Origin: an uncultured Syntrophomonadaceae bacterium
GTDB taxonomy: Bacteria > Bacillota > Dethiobacteria > DTU022
NCBI GenBank assembly: GCA_964389365.1
Contig: CAYMDO010000001.1
Location: 5,938 to 69,937, forward strand
Direction: 5' to 3'
DNA length: 64,000 nt
Shown here: positions 43,207-53,681 of the stretch, one piece after another
Layout: each line of letters begins with the position of its first letter
Position numbering within the stretch: position 1 is the first letter of the stretch
Made by a program: the position numbers and the translations under genes
The notes under the pieces: model-generated
Databases searched by the model: none
What the model was told of the DNA's origin: nothing
Seen by the model: only the letters and a program-made list of their open reading frames with translations

Positions 43207-44520
43207 TTAGTCAACAAACCCGAGAATCAAATCCGGTTTCTCAACTAGATGATCCTGGAAACCATAAGCGGTCATAATTATCTCTTCCACCGAATCTATT
43301 TGTCCAACCGGCGAATCGGGACCTGCATGGATAACAGCTAATGTATCACCGGATACGACGGAATCTCCAATCTTCTTTTCAATAACAATCCCTACGGCTG
43401 GATCAATGACTGAATCTTTCCGTTCCCGCCCGGCGCCCAGGGTCATGGCAGCCAATCCTACCAATTCTGCTTCAAGTTTATTGACATACCCGTTGTTAAC
43501 AGCCTTTACCGCCACTTGGCTGGCAGCTCCGGGGAGCAATGAAATATCTTCAAGAACAGCATCGTTGCCAAGCTGATTGCGAATAAAATCTCTGAATTTC
43601 TGAAGTGCAGAACCGCTGTTAATCGCATTTTTTAGTATTTCCATACCTTCATCAGGATCCGAACATTTTCCGGATAATACCAGCATCTGACTTCCAAGAG
43701 ACAAGCATAGTTCTTCCAGATCTGGCGGGCCTTCACCGCGAAGGGTTGCAATAGCTTCCTTTACCTCCAGGGCGTTGCCAACAGCAAATCCGAGCGGTTG
43801 TTCCATGTTGGTTATAAAAGCAACCGTTTTACAACCGGACCCGTTACCTATCGATACCATCATCCGGGCCAGGTCGAATGCTGCATTTTTATCTTTCAAA
43901 AAAGCACCGTCACCAGTTTTTACATCCAAGACCAGGGCATCGGCCCCGGTAGACAGTTTTTTGCTCATGATACTGCTGGCAATGAGCGGCATGCTGTCCA
44001 CTGTAGCTGTAACATCGCGCAGGGCATAGAGCAGCTTGTCGGCAGGCACAAGATTAGCGGTTTGACCGGCCACAGCCACTCCGATTTTACTTACAGCTTC
44101 AACCAAACCCTCCAGTGACATCTCTGTTTTAAAGCCCGGGATGGATTCAAGTTTATCAAGAGTACCCCCGGTGTGCCCCAAACCCCTTCCGGATAATTTG
44201 GCCACCGGAACCCCTGCTGCGGCAACAAGCGGGGCCAATACTATCGTTGTTGTATCGCCTACCCCGCCGGTACTGTGTTTATCGACTTTTTTTCCGGGAA
44301 TTAAACTTAAATCTATAGTATCGCCCGAACTAATCATGGCCCTTGTCAGATTTAGTGTCTCTTCTTCGTTCATGCCACTGAAATATATGGCCATCAATAA
44401 AGCTGCGATTTGATAGTCGGGAATCTCTCCCTTAATATAACCGTCAATTAAAAAATCAATTTCACTGCTATCAAGGGCATACCCTTCACGCTTCTTCAAG
44501 ATCAGATCGTAAACTCTCAA
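43207..44520 (-). CDS. pdp: Pyrimidine-nucleoside phosphorylase
   Basis: Glycosyltransferase family-3 fold: N-terminal alpha domain, HSTGGVGD phosphate site, C-terminal PYNPase domain. 437 aa. Confidence 0.9.
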   Translation of the reverse strand: MRVYDLILKKREGYALDSSEIDFLIDGYIKGEIPDYQIAALLMAIYFSGMNEEETLNLTRAMISSGDTIDLSLIPGKKVDKHSTGGVGDTTTIVLAPLVAAAGVPVAKLSGRGLGHTGGTLDKLESIPGFKTEMSLEGLVEAVSKIGVAVAGQTANLVPADKLLYALRDVTATVDSMPLIASSIMSKKLSTGADALVLDVKTGDGAFLKDKNAAFDLARMMVSIGNGSGCKTVAFITNMEQPLGFAVGNALEVKEAIATLRGEGPPDLEELCLSLGSQMLVLSGKCSDPDEGMEILKNAINSGSALQKFRDFIRNQLGNDAVLEDISLLPGAASQVAVKAVNNGYVNKLEAELVGLAAMTLGAGRERKDSVIDPAVGIVIEKKIGDSVVSGDTLAVIHAGPDSPVGQIDSVEEIIMTAYGFQDHLVEKPDLILGFVD

Positions 44521-44578
44521 TCAAAATCCTCCAATACCGGTTACGATATATACAGCTAAATCTGCCAATGAACTTAAA

Positions 44579-45526
44579 TTATCGTTTCCCTTTATCATAT
44601 GGCTCACCGATTGCTTTAGGCGCCTGCGATGATTTCGAAGATAAGATCAGGGCCAATAGAGTAATGACATAGGGAAAAGTCTTAAGATAGATCCCCGGAA
44701 TCTGGGCCAGGACAGGAATAACCTGCGATACGTTGGCTACTGTGCTGGCAAAACCGAAAAAAAAGGTGGCTCCGAGAATACCCCATGGTTTCCATTGACC
44801 AAATATCAAGGCTGCCAGCGATAAAAAACCGAGACCGGCTGCAGTACCATTAAACTCACCGGAAAGGGTAACAATAAAAGTAGCTCCTCCCAGGCCTGCG
44901 CAGGCTCCGGAGATGATAATTGCCAGATAGCGCATCAGGTAAACGTTAACCCCGGCCGAGTCAGCGGCATGGGGATGCTCGCCACAAGCCCGCAGGCGCA
45001 AGCCAAACCGGGTTTTATAGAGCATAAAAGTAGCCAGGGCCAGGATCAACAAAATCAGCCAGGTTGTAGCATAAGTGTGGAAGAAAAAGAGACGCCCCAG
45101 TACCGGGATTTCCGATAAATAGGGAACGGTTGTCCGGGCCATACCACGGATAATCTGAACATTACCGCTGCCGGTTAAGAAACGGGCCAGGTATACAGTA
45201 ACAGCACTGGCAATCATATTAATAGCGATACCACTGATCACCTGGTTGGCATTCAGGGTAACACAGGCAAAGGCATGCAGCAGGGCAAAAAGGGCCCCAA
45301 AAACAACAGCAGCCATAAGTCCAATCCAGACCGCTGTTCCAGGGTAGGCTGATTCGATGCTTGAAATAACATAAGCGCCGACAAACATACCCATTAACAT
45401 AAGGCCTTCGAGACCGATATTGACTACACCGCTACGTTCACTGAAAAGACCGCCAAGCGAAGTGATCAGCAGCGGAATGGTGAATGCGATGGCATATGGA
45501 AACAGCTGGTAGATCAGATCAACCAT
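44579..45526 (-). CDS. Nucleoside ABC transporter permease (BMP-family system)
   Basis: Polytopic permease, 315 aa, translationally coupled to the upstream permease. Confidence 0.8.
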   Translation of the reverse strand: MVDLIYQLFPYAIAFTIPLLITSLGGLFSERSGVVNIGLEGLMLMGMFVGAYVISSIESAYPGTAVWIGLMAAVVFGALFALLHAFACVTLNANQVISGIAINMIASAVTVYLARFLTGSGNVQIIRGMARTTVPYLSEIPVLGRLFFFHTYATTWLILLILALATFMLYKTRFGLRLRACGEHPHAADSAGVNVYLMRYLAIIISGACAGLGGATFIVTLSGEFNGTAAGLGFLSLAALIFGQWKPWGILGATFFFGFASTVANVSQVIPVLAQIPGIYLKTFPYVITLLALILSSKSSQAPKAIGEPYDKGKR

Positions 45527-46641
45527 TACTGCTCACCCCCGGCTTCAACTTCCAGCTTTCCTTCTTTAGTTCGGCCAAATAATTGACCCAGGTTGATTTT
45601 TTTAAGCTTATCCCAGTTCCTTTCAATCAAAACACTGGTTGCCGCAAAGTATATGATTGTGGCAATAATAGTATCGGCTATTTCCGGCGGGATTGCCGTC
45701 ATGGCATTCATAAAACCTTTGCCTGTATGAAGAACGCCAAAGAAGATCGCACCGGCAAACACTCCCCAGGGTGAATTTGCGCCAAGAAGGGCTACAGCGA
45801 TCCCATCAAAACCCTGGGCCGGTAAAACACCGATCTGCATATTCGAAGCAAAACCAACATAAAAGGTAGCCCCACCAAGACCGGCCAGGGCCCCGGCGAT
45901 AGCCATGGAAAGGATTACGTTGCGGTTGACATTAATGCCGGCTGCCTCTGCAGCATCCTTGTTATAACCAACTGCTTTTAGCTCGTAACCTAATGTAGTC
46001 CACTCCAGGATAAAAGCAATAATCACAACAAAAACAATCGACAGGAAAAATCCCAGGTTAATATAAGATTCGCTAAAAAGGCTGGTCAGCCAGGGTACTT
46101 TTAGAGAAGCAGCCATCGGAATCCGCTGCGATTCTGTTTCGAGGAAAGGACCTTTAAAATACTGAGGCACAATATAAAATACTGTCCAATATGCGATCCA
46201 ATTCATCATAATCGTGGCGACTACCTCGTGAACATTAAACCTGGCTTTCAGCAATCCGGGCAGGGAAGCCCATAGAGCGCCACCGATAAGAGACGCCAGG
46301 ATTATCCCCGTGAGCAGGATCGGCTTTGGCCAGTCAAAAGTTAAACCGATAGCTGTTGCACAGAGCCCTCCGATTAACATCTGCCCTGCGCCACCGATAT
46401 TGAAAAGACCGGTTTTAAAAGCAAAGGCTACCGAAAGACCGGCAAAGATTAGCGGCGTTGCTGTAGCCAAGGTGTTGCCTACCCGTTCGATATTCATCAG
46501 CCCGCCCCTAAATAGATAATAAAAACCATCCAGCGGGTTATTACCGGTGGCAATCATCAATACCGATCCGGCTATCAAACCTAGGACAACTGCAAACAGG
46601 GACATGAGGATATCTTTCTTCATTCTGACCTTGGTCTTCAC
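45526..46641 (-). CDS. Nucleoside ABC transporter permease (BMP-family system)
   Basis: Polytopic permease, 371 aa. Overlaps the ATPase gene by 4 nt. Confidence 0.8.
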   Translation of the reverse strand: MKTKVRMKKDILMSLFAVVLGLIAGSVLMIATGNNPLDGFYYLFRGGLMNIERVGNTLATATPLIFAGLSVAFAFKTGLFNIGGAGQMLIGGLCATAIGLTFDWPKPILLTGIILASLIGGALWASLPGLLKARFNVHEVVATIMMNWIAYWTVFYIVPQYFKGPFLETESQRIPMAASLKVPWLTSLFSESYINLGFFLSIVFVVIIAFILEWTTLGYELKAVGYNKDAAEAAGINVNRNVILSMAIAGALAGLGGATFYVGFASNMQIGVLPAQGFDGIAVALLGANSPWGVFAGAIFFGVLHTGKGFMNAMTAIPPEIADTIIATIIYFAATSVLIERNWDKLKKINLGQLFGRTKEGKLEVEAGGEQ

Positions 46642-48170
46642 GCAACAGCACCCCGCTTTCCACCGGCCATCATCAGGCCAATTTCACTTTCATCAGTCTC
46701 TGCGGCATCAACGATTCCAACCAGCTCCCCGTTATAGATTACAGCTATCCGGTCGGAGAGATCGAGTATTTCATCAAGTTCCAGCGAGATCAGGAAAACC
46801 GCTTTGCCCTGATCGCGTTGTTCGAGAAGACGGTGGTGAATGTATTCCATGGCACCGACATCGAGTCCGCGGGTAGGCTGAACAGCTATCAACAGGTTAG
46901 GGTTGCCGTCAATCTCTCTCCCCACAATCGCTTTCTGCTGATTCCCACCGGAAAGAGAACGGGCAGACGCTTCAGCACCCTGCCCTGCGCGAATATCAAA
47001 ATCTTCAATAATCCGTTCAGCGTGCTCGTAAACATAATCCCAGTTAATCAAACCATTGCGCGAATAAGGTTCAAGGTAATAATTTTTTAGGATCAAGTTC
47101 TCCTGCACTGTATAATCAAGAACCAGGCCGTGTTTATGGCGATCCTCCGGTATGTGAGCCATACCGGTTTCGATCCGCCTTCTGGTTGAAAGACTGCAGA
47201 TATCCTGTCCTCCCAGTAAAATATTGCCTGATTCGGGTTTACGCAAACCGATAATCGCTTCCACCAATTCTGATTGGCCATTACCATCCACACCGGCCAG
47301 ACCGACTATTTCGCCGCACCTGACACTCAAACTGAAATTATTCAGTCCCAGCATCCCACTGCTGTTTTTAACTGAAAGGCTTTCTATCTTCAATATTTCA
47401 TCAGCAGGGTGAGCTTTTTTCTTATTCAGATCAAAGAGTACTTTGCGCCCAACCATCATTTCCGCCAATTTTTCTTCGCTGGTATCAGATGCATTGACTG
47501 TCCCGACTACCTTACCCCAGCGGATTACCGTGCAGCGGTCAGCAACAGCCATGATTTCCCGAAGTTTATGAGTAATGAGAATGATCGTTTTACCTTCACC
47601 AATCAGGTTGTGCATGATTTTAATTAGATCCTGTACTTCCTGGGGGGTTAAAACAGCTGTCGGTTCATCGAAAATCAATATTTCTGCATCACGGTATAGC
47701 ATTTTCAGGATTTCCACCCGCTGCTGCATCCCCACCGAAACATTCGATATTATTGCCTCAGGATCGACGTTCAGGCCGTATTGTTCCGACAACGCTTTAA
47801 TTCGGGCTGAAGCAGTGCGCGTATCAACCATCAATGCTTTAATCGGTTCAAGGCCCAGGATAATATTTTCAGTTACCGTGAAATTGTGGACAAGCTTGAA
47901 GTGCTGGTGAACCATACCGATCCCCATATTGTTCGCTATATTCGGGTTAGCAATATTTACCTTTTCGCCTCGCAGATAGATTTCTCCGGAATCCTGTTGA
48001 TATAAACCAAACAATATATTCATCAAGGTTGATTTGCCGGCACCGTTTTCACCGAGCAGCGCGTGAATTTCACCTTTTCTAACCTGAAAATTGATATCAT
48101 CACAGGCAACCACCCCCGGGAATACTTTGCGGATATTTTTCATCTCCACGATATTTTCCAACCGCATCAC
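46638..48170 (-). CDS. Nucleoside/sugar ABC transporter ATP-binding protein with duplicated ATPase domains
   Basis: Two Walker A/signature/Walker B sets (GENGAGKST...DEPTAVL and a degenerate second half), 510 aa. Confidence 0.85.
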   Translation of the reverse strand: MMRLENIVEMKNIRKVFPGVVACDDINFQVRKGEIHALLGENGAGKSTLMNILFGLYQQDSGEIYLRGEKVNIANPNIANNMGIGMVHQHFKLVHNFTVTENIILGLEPIKALMVDTRTASARIKALSEQYGLNVDPEAIISNVSVGMQQRVEILKMLYRDAEILIFDEPTAVLTPQEVQDLIKIMHNLIGEGKTIILITHKLREIMAVADRCTVIRWGKVVGTVNASDTSEEKLAEMMVGRKVLFDLNKKKAHPADEILKIESLSVKNSSGMLGLNNFSLSVRCGEIVGLAGVDGNGQSELVEAIIGLRKPESGNILLGGQDICSLSTRRRIETGMAHIPEDRHKHGLVLDYTVQENLILKNYYLEPYSRNGLINWDYVYEHAERIIEDFDIRAGQGAEASARSLSGGNQQKAIVGREIDGNPNLLIAVQPTRGLDVGAMEYIHHRLLEQRDQGKAVFLISLELDEILDLSDRIAVIYNGELVGIVDAAETDESEIGLMMAGGKRGAVA

Positions 48171-48264
48171 CTCCCCAGCATTGTTTTCTGTTTGATAATC
48201 CTAATGCAATTAGTAAAAAAGGGCGGGATAAGCCGCCCTTTTTTAAGCCAACACCAAAATTTCA

Positions 48265-49368
48265 TTACTTGATCAGGTTACCCTGAACATCTGAAACAAC
48301 CAAAGTGCCGGCCTGCATTTCTGCAAATGCAGCCGCCACTTTTTCAACTACTTCAGGATCGAGGTTCGGGTTCTCCTTGGGAATACCGATACCGAAGTTT
48401 GATGCATTGAAGGTAAGCATCTGACCACCCGGGAAAGTCCCGTCCAATTCAGCCTTAATCATGTCATAAGCGGCAACATCAATATACTTCATCGCTGAAG
48501 TTAGGATGATTGAATTTGCTCCATCATAAATACCTTCAGCGTACTGATCGACATCAACACCGATAATCCAGACACTCTCACCGGCAGTGGCTCTGGTTTT
48601 TGCCTCGTTGATCGCACCGACACCGACGCCGCCAGCGGCGGCAAAAATGGCATTCACGCCCTTGTCATACATAGCTGCAGCGAGAACCTGGCCTGCCGCA
48701 ACATCGTCAAAAGTGCCCTGGTATATGAAGTTTTCTGCATTCATTACAATCTGGGTGCCAAAATTCTCGTTAGCATAAAGCACTCCCTGCTGAAAACCCC
48801 AGTTAAACTTCTGAACCGGGGGGATCTCCATCCCGCCGATAAACCCTACTTCACCTTCACCTAGCTGCAGGGCTGTTGCAAGACCGGCCAGGAAACCGGA
48901 TTCGTGCTCGGCAAAGAAGATTGAAACTACGTTATCGTTGATAACGGGTGTCCAGTCTCCGGCATGGGGATAACCGTCAATTAAAACAAACTTGGCATCC
49001 GGATAGCGGGTCTGAACGTCGAAGATAGCAGTTTCAAACTTAAATCCCGGGCAAACAACAAACATGAATTCTGCATCAACCAGGTTGCCGATTTCGGTAA
49101 TATAATCAGCTTCAGTAGTTCCGCCGGGCTTCAGATACCTGGTTTCCAGGCCAAAGTCTTTGGCTGCAAGAAGGATTCCTTCCCAGGTGCCTTGGTTAAA
49201 CGATTTGTCGTCGATGGTTCCGGCGTCAGTAACCATCCCGACCTTCAGCGCGGCTGGTGCATCACCAGCATCATCCCCGGTGTCGTCAGCCGGTGGAGTA
49301 GGTGTGCCGCAACCGGTCACGGCAATGACACAAACTAATACTAAAAGTAAAGCTGCCCACTTTTTCAC
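48265..49368 (-). CDS. BMP-family (basic membrane protein) nucleoside-binding lipoprotein
   Basis: Lipobox AVTGC, low-complexity linker, then a PnrA/Med-like periplasmic binding fold. 367 aa. Confidence 0.85.
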   Translation of the reverse strand: MKKWAALLLVLVCVIAVTGCGTPTPPADDTGDDAGDAPAALKVGMVTDAGTIDDKSFNQGTWEGILLAAKDFGLETRYLKPGGTTEADYITEIGNLVDAEFMFVVCPGFKFETAIFDVQTRYPDAKFVLIDGYPHAGDWTPVINDNVVSIFFAEHESGFLAGLATALQLGEGEVGFIGGMEIPPVQKFNWGFQQGVLYANENFGTQIVMNAENFIYQGTFDDVAAGQVLAAAMYDKGVNAIFAAAGGVGVGAINEAKTRATAGESVWIIGVDVDQYAEGIYDGANSIILTSAMKYIDVAAYDMIKAELDGTFPGGQMLTFNASNFGIGIPKENPNLDPEVVEKVAAAFAEMQAGTLVVSDVQGNLIK

Positions 49369-49604
49369 AATAAAACCTCCTCTTTTTTAACCCTTTTGTA
49401 CACTAAACAAAGTTTTCAGGCTTGTCAAGCATGAAAACCGCTCCCGCACAACAGGGTTTCTGGAATTTGTATTCTTCAAGCCAAAGTAATTCTCCTGCAG
49501 GTAACCGCACATTTTTGAAGAAGGAATAACCGTCCGATTAAGGAATAAATACAGCCATTACCCGGAAATTATTTATTGAAATCATAAAATAAGGAGAGGT
49601 AAAA

Positions 49605-50852
49605 ATGAGTCAGATCAGAGATATCGGGCAGGCGCCGGAAGGACATCGCCGAATTAACTGGGTCAGCCGCCACATGCCGGTTTTGAACAAACTTATTGAA
49701 AATCACCGGGATGAACAACCTTTTAAGGGGCTTAAGATGACTGTCTGTATCCACCTTGAAGCCAAGTCAGCATACATGGCCAAAGCTTTTGGAGCCTGTG
49801 GAGCTGAAGTTACAATCACCGGCAGCAACCCCCTTTCAACCCAGGATGCAATTGCCGCTGCCTTAGTAGAAGACGGAATCGAGGTTTTCGGTTGGCATGG
49901 CGCGACTGCAGAGGAATACAACGCGCATATTCATGCATCTTTAGACCAGGGGCCGCATCTGGTCATTGATGATGGTGGCGATCTGGTTACAATGCTGCAT
50001 ACACAACGCCGCGATTTGCTCGGCCGGGTGATTGGCGGGGCGGAAGAGACTACCACCGGCCTGATTCGTCTGCGAGCCATGGCAGCAGACGGAGCTTTAA
50101 CTTTTCCGGTTATCGCCGTCAACGATGCCATGTGCAAATACATGTTTGACAACCGCTACGGCACCGGGCAATCTGTTTGGGACGGCATAATGAGAACAAC
50201 CAACCTGCTGATTGCAGGGAAAACGGTGGTTGTTTCCGGCTTTGGCTGGTGCGGACGCGGAGTGGCGATGCGGGCAGCAGGCCTGGGCGCCAACGTAGTG
50301 ATCACCGAAGTTGAACCGATTCACGCCCTCGAAGCTGTTGTAGAAGGATTTCGCGTCATGCCGATGTGCGAAGCTGCCAGGCTGGGCGACATTTTTGTCA
50401 CTACGACAGGCTGCCGTAATATTATTGCCGGAGAGCATATTGCCCTGCTTAAAGATGGCGCGATATTAAGCAATGCCGGCCATTTTGATGTAGAGATTGA
50501 CAAAAAAGCTCTGGCCGCTTTGGGCAAGCTTTCCGGTCAACCACGGCAAAATATTGACGAGTATGAAATGCCCGATGGCAGGCGTATCTACCTCCTGGGA
50601 GAAGGAAGGCTGGTCAACCTGGCTGCAGGTGATGGACACCCGGCAGAAATAATGGACCTTTCATTCGCCCTGCAGTTTGGGGCAATGCTTTACCTGTTGC
50701 GGGAGGGCAATGAACTGCCTAAATCGGTGATTAAGCTGCCCGATGAATACGATCAGCAAACGGCACTAATTAAGCTGGCCTCGATGGGAATAAACATTGA
50801 CAGCTTAAGCTGTGAACAGGAAAAATATTTAAATTGCTGGCGGGTTGAATAG
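49605..50852 (+). CDS. ahcY: Adenosylhomocysteinase
   Basis: Short (415 aa) SAHH with the NAD Rossmann segment VVVSGFGWCGRGVA and catalytic domain. GGAGAGG RBS. Confidence 0.9.
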   Translation: MSQIRDIGQAPEGHRRINWVSRHMPVLNKLIENHRDEQPFKGLKMTVCIHLEAKSAYMAKAFGACGAEVTITGSNPLSTQDAIAAALVEDGIEVFGWHGATAEEYNAHIHASLDQGPHLVIDDGGDLVTMLHTQRRDLLGRVIGGAEETTTGLIRLRAMAADGALTFPVIAVNDAMCKYMFDNRYGTGQSVWDGIMRTTNLLIAGKTVVVSGFGWCGRGVAMRAAGLGANVVITEVEPIHALEAVVEGFRVMPMCEAARLGDIFVTTTGCRNIIAGEHIALLKDGAILSNAGHFDVEIDKKALAALGKLSGQPRQNIDEYEMPDGRRIYLLGEGRLVNLAAGDGHPAEIMDLSFALQFGAMLYLLREGNELPKSVIKLPDEYDQQTALIKLASMGINIDSLSCEQEKYLNCWRVE

Positions 50853-50855
50853 CAT

Positions 50856-51443
50856 TCAATAGATCGTCACCAAATCAGCTAAGTTGTTATAGGTTTTTTC
50901 ACCGATACCGTTTACATCCATCAGTTCCCGGGGATCGGTGAAAAAACCATTTTTATCGCGGTACTCAACGATTTGTTTAGCCCTGATCTCTCCGATACCT
51001 GGCAGGGCCATCAATTCTGCTATAGTTGCCTTATTGATATTGATCCTGCTTTCTTGCGGAACATTGGATCCGGGTGATTCCAAGCCCGCAATCCTGGTTC
51101 CGACAAAAACCTGTTCACCGTCTATCAGCGGCCGGGCCTGGTTTATGCCTTCAGAATCTGCTTCCTCAAGCAATCCCCCTCCTGCTTCGAGCAGCTCGTA
51201 AACCCGTGATCCGGCCGGCAGATGGTAAATTCCCGGGCTGGCGATAGCGCCGATGAGATGAACGGTGATCAGCTCTGTTACCTGATCACCCATAGTAGAT
51301 GCGTCGCCGGCCTGCCGGGTAAAGCCGGCCTGCATAGTTCCATATTCAGGATTTTTATGCTGCACTGCTTTCCACAAACCTCCGCCAATCAGCAGTAATA
51401 CCAGCAGACCGATGGTTAATTTTTCCTGAATGTTTTTGTTCAT
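50856..51443 (-). CDS. comEA: Competence protein ComEA (DNA receptor, helix-hairpin-helix)
   Basis: N-terminal TM anchor, SLBB-like middle region, C-terminal tandem HhH (INKATIAELMALPGIGEIRAKQIVEYR). Confidence 0.85.
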   Translation of the reverse strand: MNKNIQEKLTIGLLVLLLIGGGLWKAVQHKNPEYGTMQAGFTRQAGDASTMGDQVTELITVHLIGAIASPGIYHLPAGSRVYELLEAGGGLLEEADSEGINQARPLIDGEQVFVGTRIAGLESPGSNVPQESRININKATIAELMALPGIGEIRAKQIVEYRDKNGFFTDPRELMDVNGIGEKTYNNLADLVTIY

Positions 51444-51523
51444 TCTCTGCAGCCTTCCGGTGTTGAATTTAGAAAGTGTTTACAAGGCAGCCAAACAATT
51501 CGCCTTCGCAGATAATTTTCCCT

Positions 51524-51561
51524 GCAAGAATAAGAAACCGGCGCTTTTTTTGACGCCGGTT
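51524..51561 (-). terminator. Rho-independent terminator after the asp23 gene
   Basis: AAACCGGCG-tcaaaaaaag-CGCCGGTTT 9 bp stem followed by CTTATTCTT on the minus strand. Confidence 0.55.
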
Positions 51562-51591
51562 TCTTTGGGATAATGAGTAAAAACAGTACTT

Positions 51592-52038
51592 TTAATCCTG
51601 CTTCTCTTTTTCAGGTTCTTCCTCCGTTTCTCCCTCGGCGCTCGGCACGTTGATACCCTGAACATTAATATTGATAGTCTCCACAGTTAAACCGGTAGTT
51701 TTTTCAACGCTGGCGCGGACCTCTTTTTTTAGTTTGTTCGTAGCATCCACGATGGATGTTCCGTATTCAGCAATAACATTCATATCTATAACGACCTTAT
51801 CTTCATTCACTTGAACCTTGATTCCCCTGGTTAAATCGCGGCGCCCAAGTTTCTCGGCGATACCTCCAACCAGTCCGCCGCTCATACCGGCAATGCCCGG
51901 AACCTCGCTTGATACAAGACTTACTATCACACCAATTACTTCTGAAGAAATTCGAATGCTGTCGCCTTCTTTTGCGGGATCATTCTTTAAAACAACATCC
52001 ACTGGCTCTATTGCTTTTCCCTTTTCGTTTTTATCCAC
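51592..52038 (-). CDS. Asp23/Gls24 family envelope stress (alkaline shock) protein
   Basis: Family core in ...VIGVIVSLVSSEVPGIAGMSGGLVGGIA.... Acidic low-complexity C-terminal tail. 148 aa. Confidence 0.85.
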   Translation of the reverse strand: MDKNEKGKAIEPVDVVLKNDPAKEGDSIRISSEVIGVIVSLVSSEVPGIAGMSGGLVGGIAEKLGRRDLTRGIKVQVNEDKVVIDMNVIAEYGTSIVDATNKLKKEVRASVEKTTGLTVETININVQGINVPSAEGETEEEPEKEKQD

Positions 52039-52125
52039 GATCTTACCTCCTTGTACAATATTTTTAGAAATCGTAACCGGACATGGATTTTACCGGAAAA
52101 TACTGACTAAATGTATATTTTTAAT

Positions 52126-52154
52126 CGAATATTTACTACATTATATTATCTTAA
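52126..52154 (-). promoter_or_regulatory. Perfect-consensus sigma-A promoter (TTGACA -17- TATAAT) aimed at asp23
   Basis: The minus strand reads CTCTTGACA gtgctatattaagataa TATAAT G. The -35 is at 52149-52154 and the -10 at 52126-52131. That leaves ~80 nt to the asp23 start. Confidence 0.5.
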
Positions 52155-52275
52155 TATAGCACTGTCAAGAGAAGTGAAAACGGTAAAGCGCGCCAACGCG
52201 CAGCTGGCTTACAGAATGGTCGGCTTAATGCAGAAAGCTGTTTCTCGTGCAGGCGTTAGCTTGACAGCATAAATC

Positions 52276-53552
52276 ATGACGGAAGAAGAAAAAGAAAAGA
52301 AGGAACTCACGTTGAAGCTAAATCTGGATGAAGAGCTTGAGCCGGGCGCAGATGAACGGAAAAACTTCGGCTACGCTGCAATTTTGAAAGTGTTCCACAA
52401 GTTGGAGCTTGATCATTTTTTAACAACAAGGCGAGGAATGAGGCTTATAAGTTTAATACGAAATCGATTATGCTTTTATTGGTGGTCTCCGGGCTTCTTG
52501 CCCCGGGCTCGAAGGGCAAGGCTTATCAGGATAGACACCGTTACTTTGAGCGCTTTAATTTTTCGGTTACCGATCTCTACCGCGCTCTTTCACATTTTGC
52601 GGCAATCGCTAAAGATTGCCAGCGTCATATCCACGAGCATGTTGTTCAAAAATACGGCAGTAATGTTAAGACTATCTATTACGGTGTGACTAACTTTTAC
52701 TTTGAGATTGATCAGGCTGTTGAACTGCGTAAATATGGCCGCTTAAAAGAACATCGCCATAATCCATTGGTACAGATGGGACTGGCCATGGATGCTGACG
52801 GGGTTCCTTTGTGTTATGAAATCTTTCCGGGAAATAAGCTTGACAAAGAGACCTTTCGCTCTGTAATTGGCGGGGTGCGTAAGAACTATGATACCGGTAG
52901 GATAGTGGTGGTTGCCGATATGGAGGTAATCACTGGTGATAATATCTATTATCTTACCGGTGGCAAGAACAGAAACGGCTTAGTAGCCAACCTTCAGCAG
53001 TACAGCCGAACCACTTCTTACGGGGAGGCTAAGTACGTTAAAAACTTAGTGTTTGACAAAAAGACCGGTGAAATCCTTAATGCAAAGGCAGAGCCCTGTT
53101 TTGATTATGAGAAGCTTGAACAAGAACAGCTCTATGACGGTTATTATGCGATTGTCACCAGTGAGCTTGAGATGTCGGAACAGCAGATTATTGATACTTA
53201 CCGCGGCCTGTGGGAGATCGAGGAAACTTTCAAGATCACCGAAGGTGCTCTTGAAGCGCGGCCTGTTTTCCTCTCCCGCGAGGAGCGGATTAGCGCGCAC
53301 TTTCTTTCCTGCTTCATAGCACTTGTGATCATCTGGCTTATTCAAAAGCTAACCTACAGGCGCTATTCTGCAGAAAAGATCGTTGAAGCTTTAAGCAAAA
53401 TTGCCTGCTCCAATGAGCAGGACAACCTTTATCTTTTTGATTATAGAAGTGAAATTTCTGATGCCATCGGCAAGGCCCTGGGGATCGATTTCACTCGCAG
53501 AAGGATGCAGTTAGGTGAGGTGAAAAATATTTTGGCAAAAGCTAAAAAATGA
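52276..53552 (+). mobile_element. IS1634-family transposase remnant (frameshifted, internally deleted, no recognisable terminal inverted repeats)
   Basis: Two overlapping frames (52276-52689 and 52413-53552) together give the IS1634 pattern ...NFGYAAILKVFHKLELDHF/FNNKARNEAYKF...YGVTNFYFE...KEHRHNPLVQMGLAMD...PGN...VVAD...YDGYYAIVTSE...YRGLWEIEETFKITEGALEARPVFLSREE. The frame break is at a T6 run (52415-52420). The segment between the second-D region and YDGYYA is ~100 aa short of intact relatives. Confidence 0.7.
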
Positions 53553-53652
53553 GTCTGTTCCCTACATATTTATGATAAATCATAAAAGCCGCAAACCCTT
53601 TATCCATAGGGGTTACGGCCTTGTTTTTGCTCAATTTTCCGTCAAAGTCAGG

Positions 53653-53681
53653 ATAATATAATCTAAATATAATACTGTCAA
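53653..53681 (-). promoter_or_regulatory. Second copy of the asp23-type sigma-A promoter (TTGACA -17- TATTAT), facing into the IS remnant
   Basis: The minus strand reads CTCTTGACA gtattatatttagatta TATTAT. It forms a ~30 bp imperfect direct repeat with 52126-52173 (roughly 24/30 identical). Confidence 0.4.

Noticed and set aside
49369-49604. SAH riboswitch upstream of ahcY
   Set aside because: I could not find the conserved SAH-element segments. SAH riboswitches are also not typical for Firmicutes. The interval looks like a shared divergent promoter region instead.
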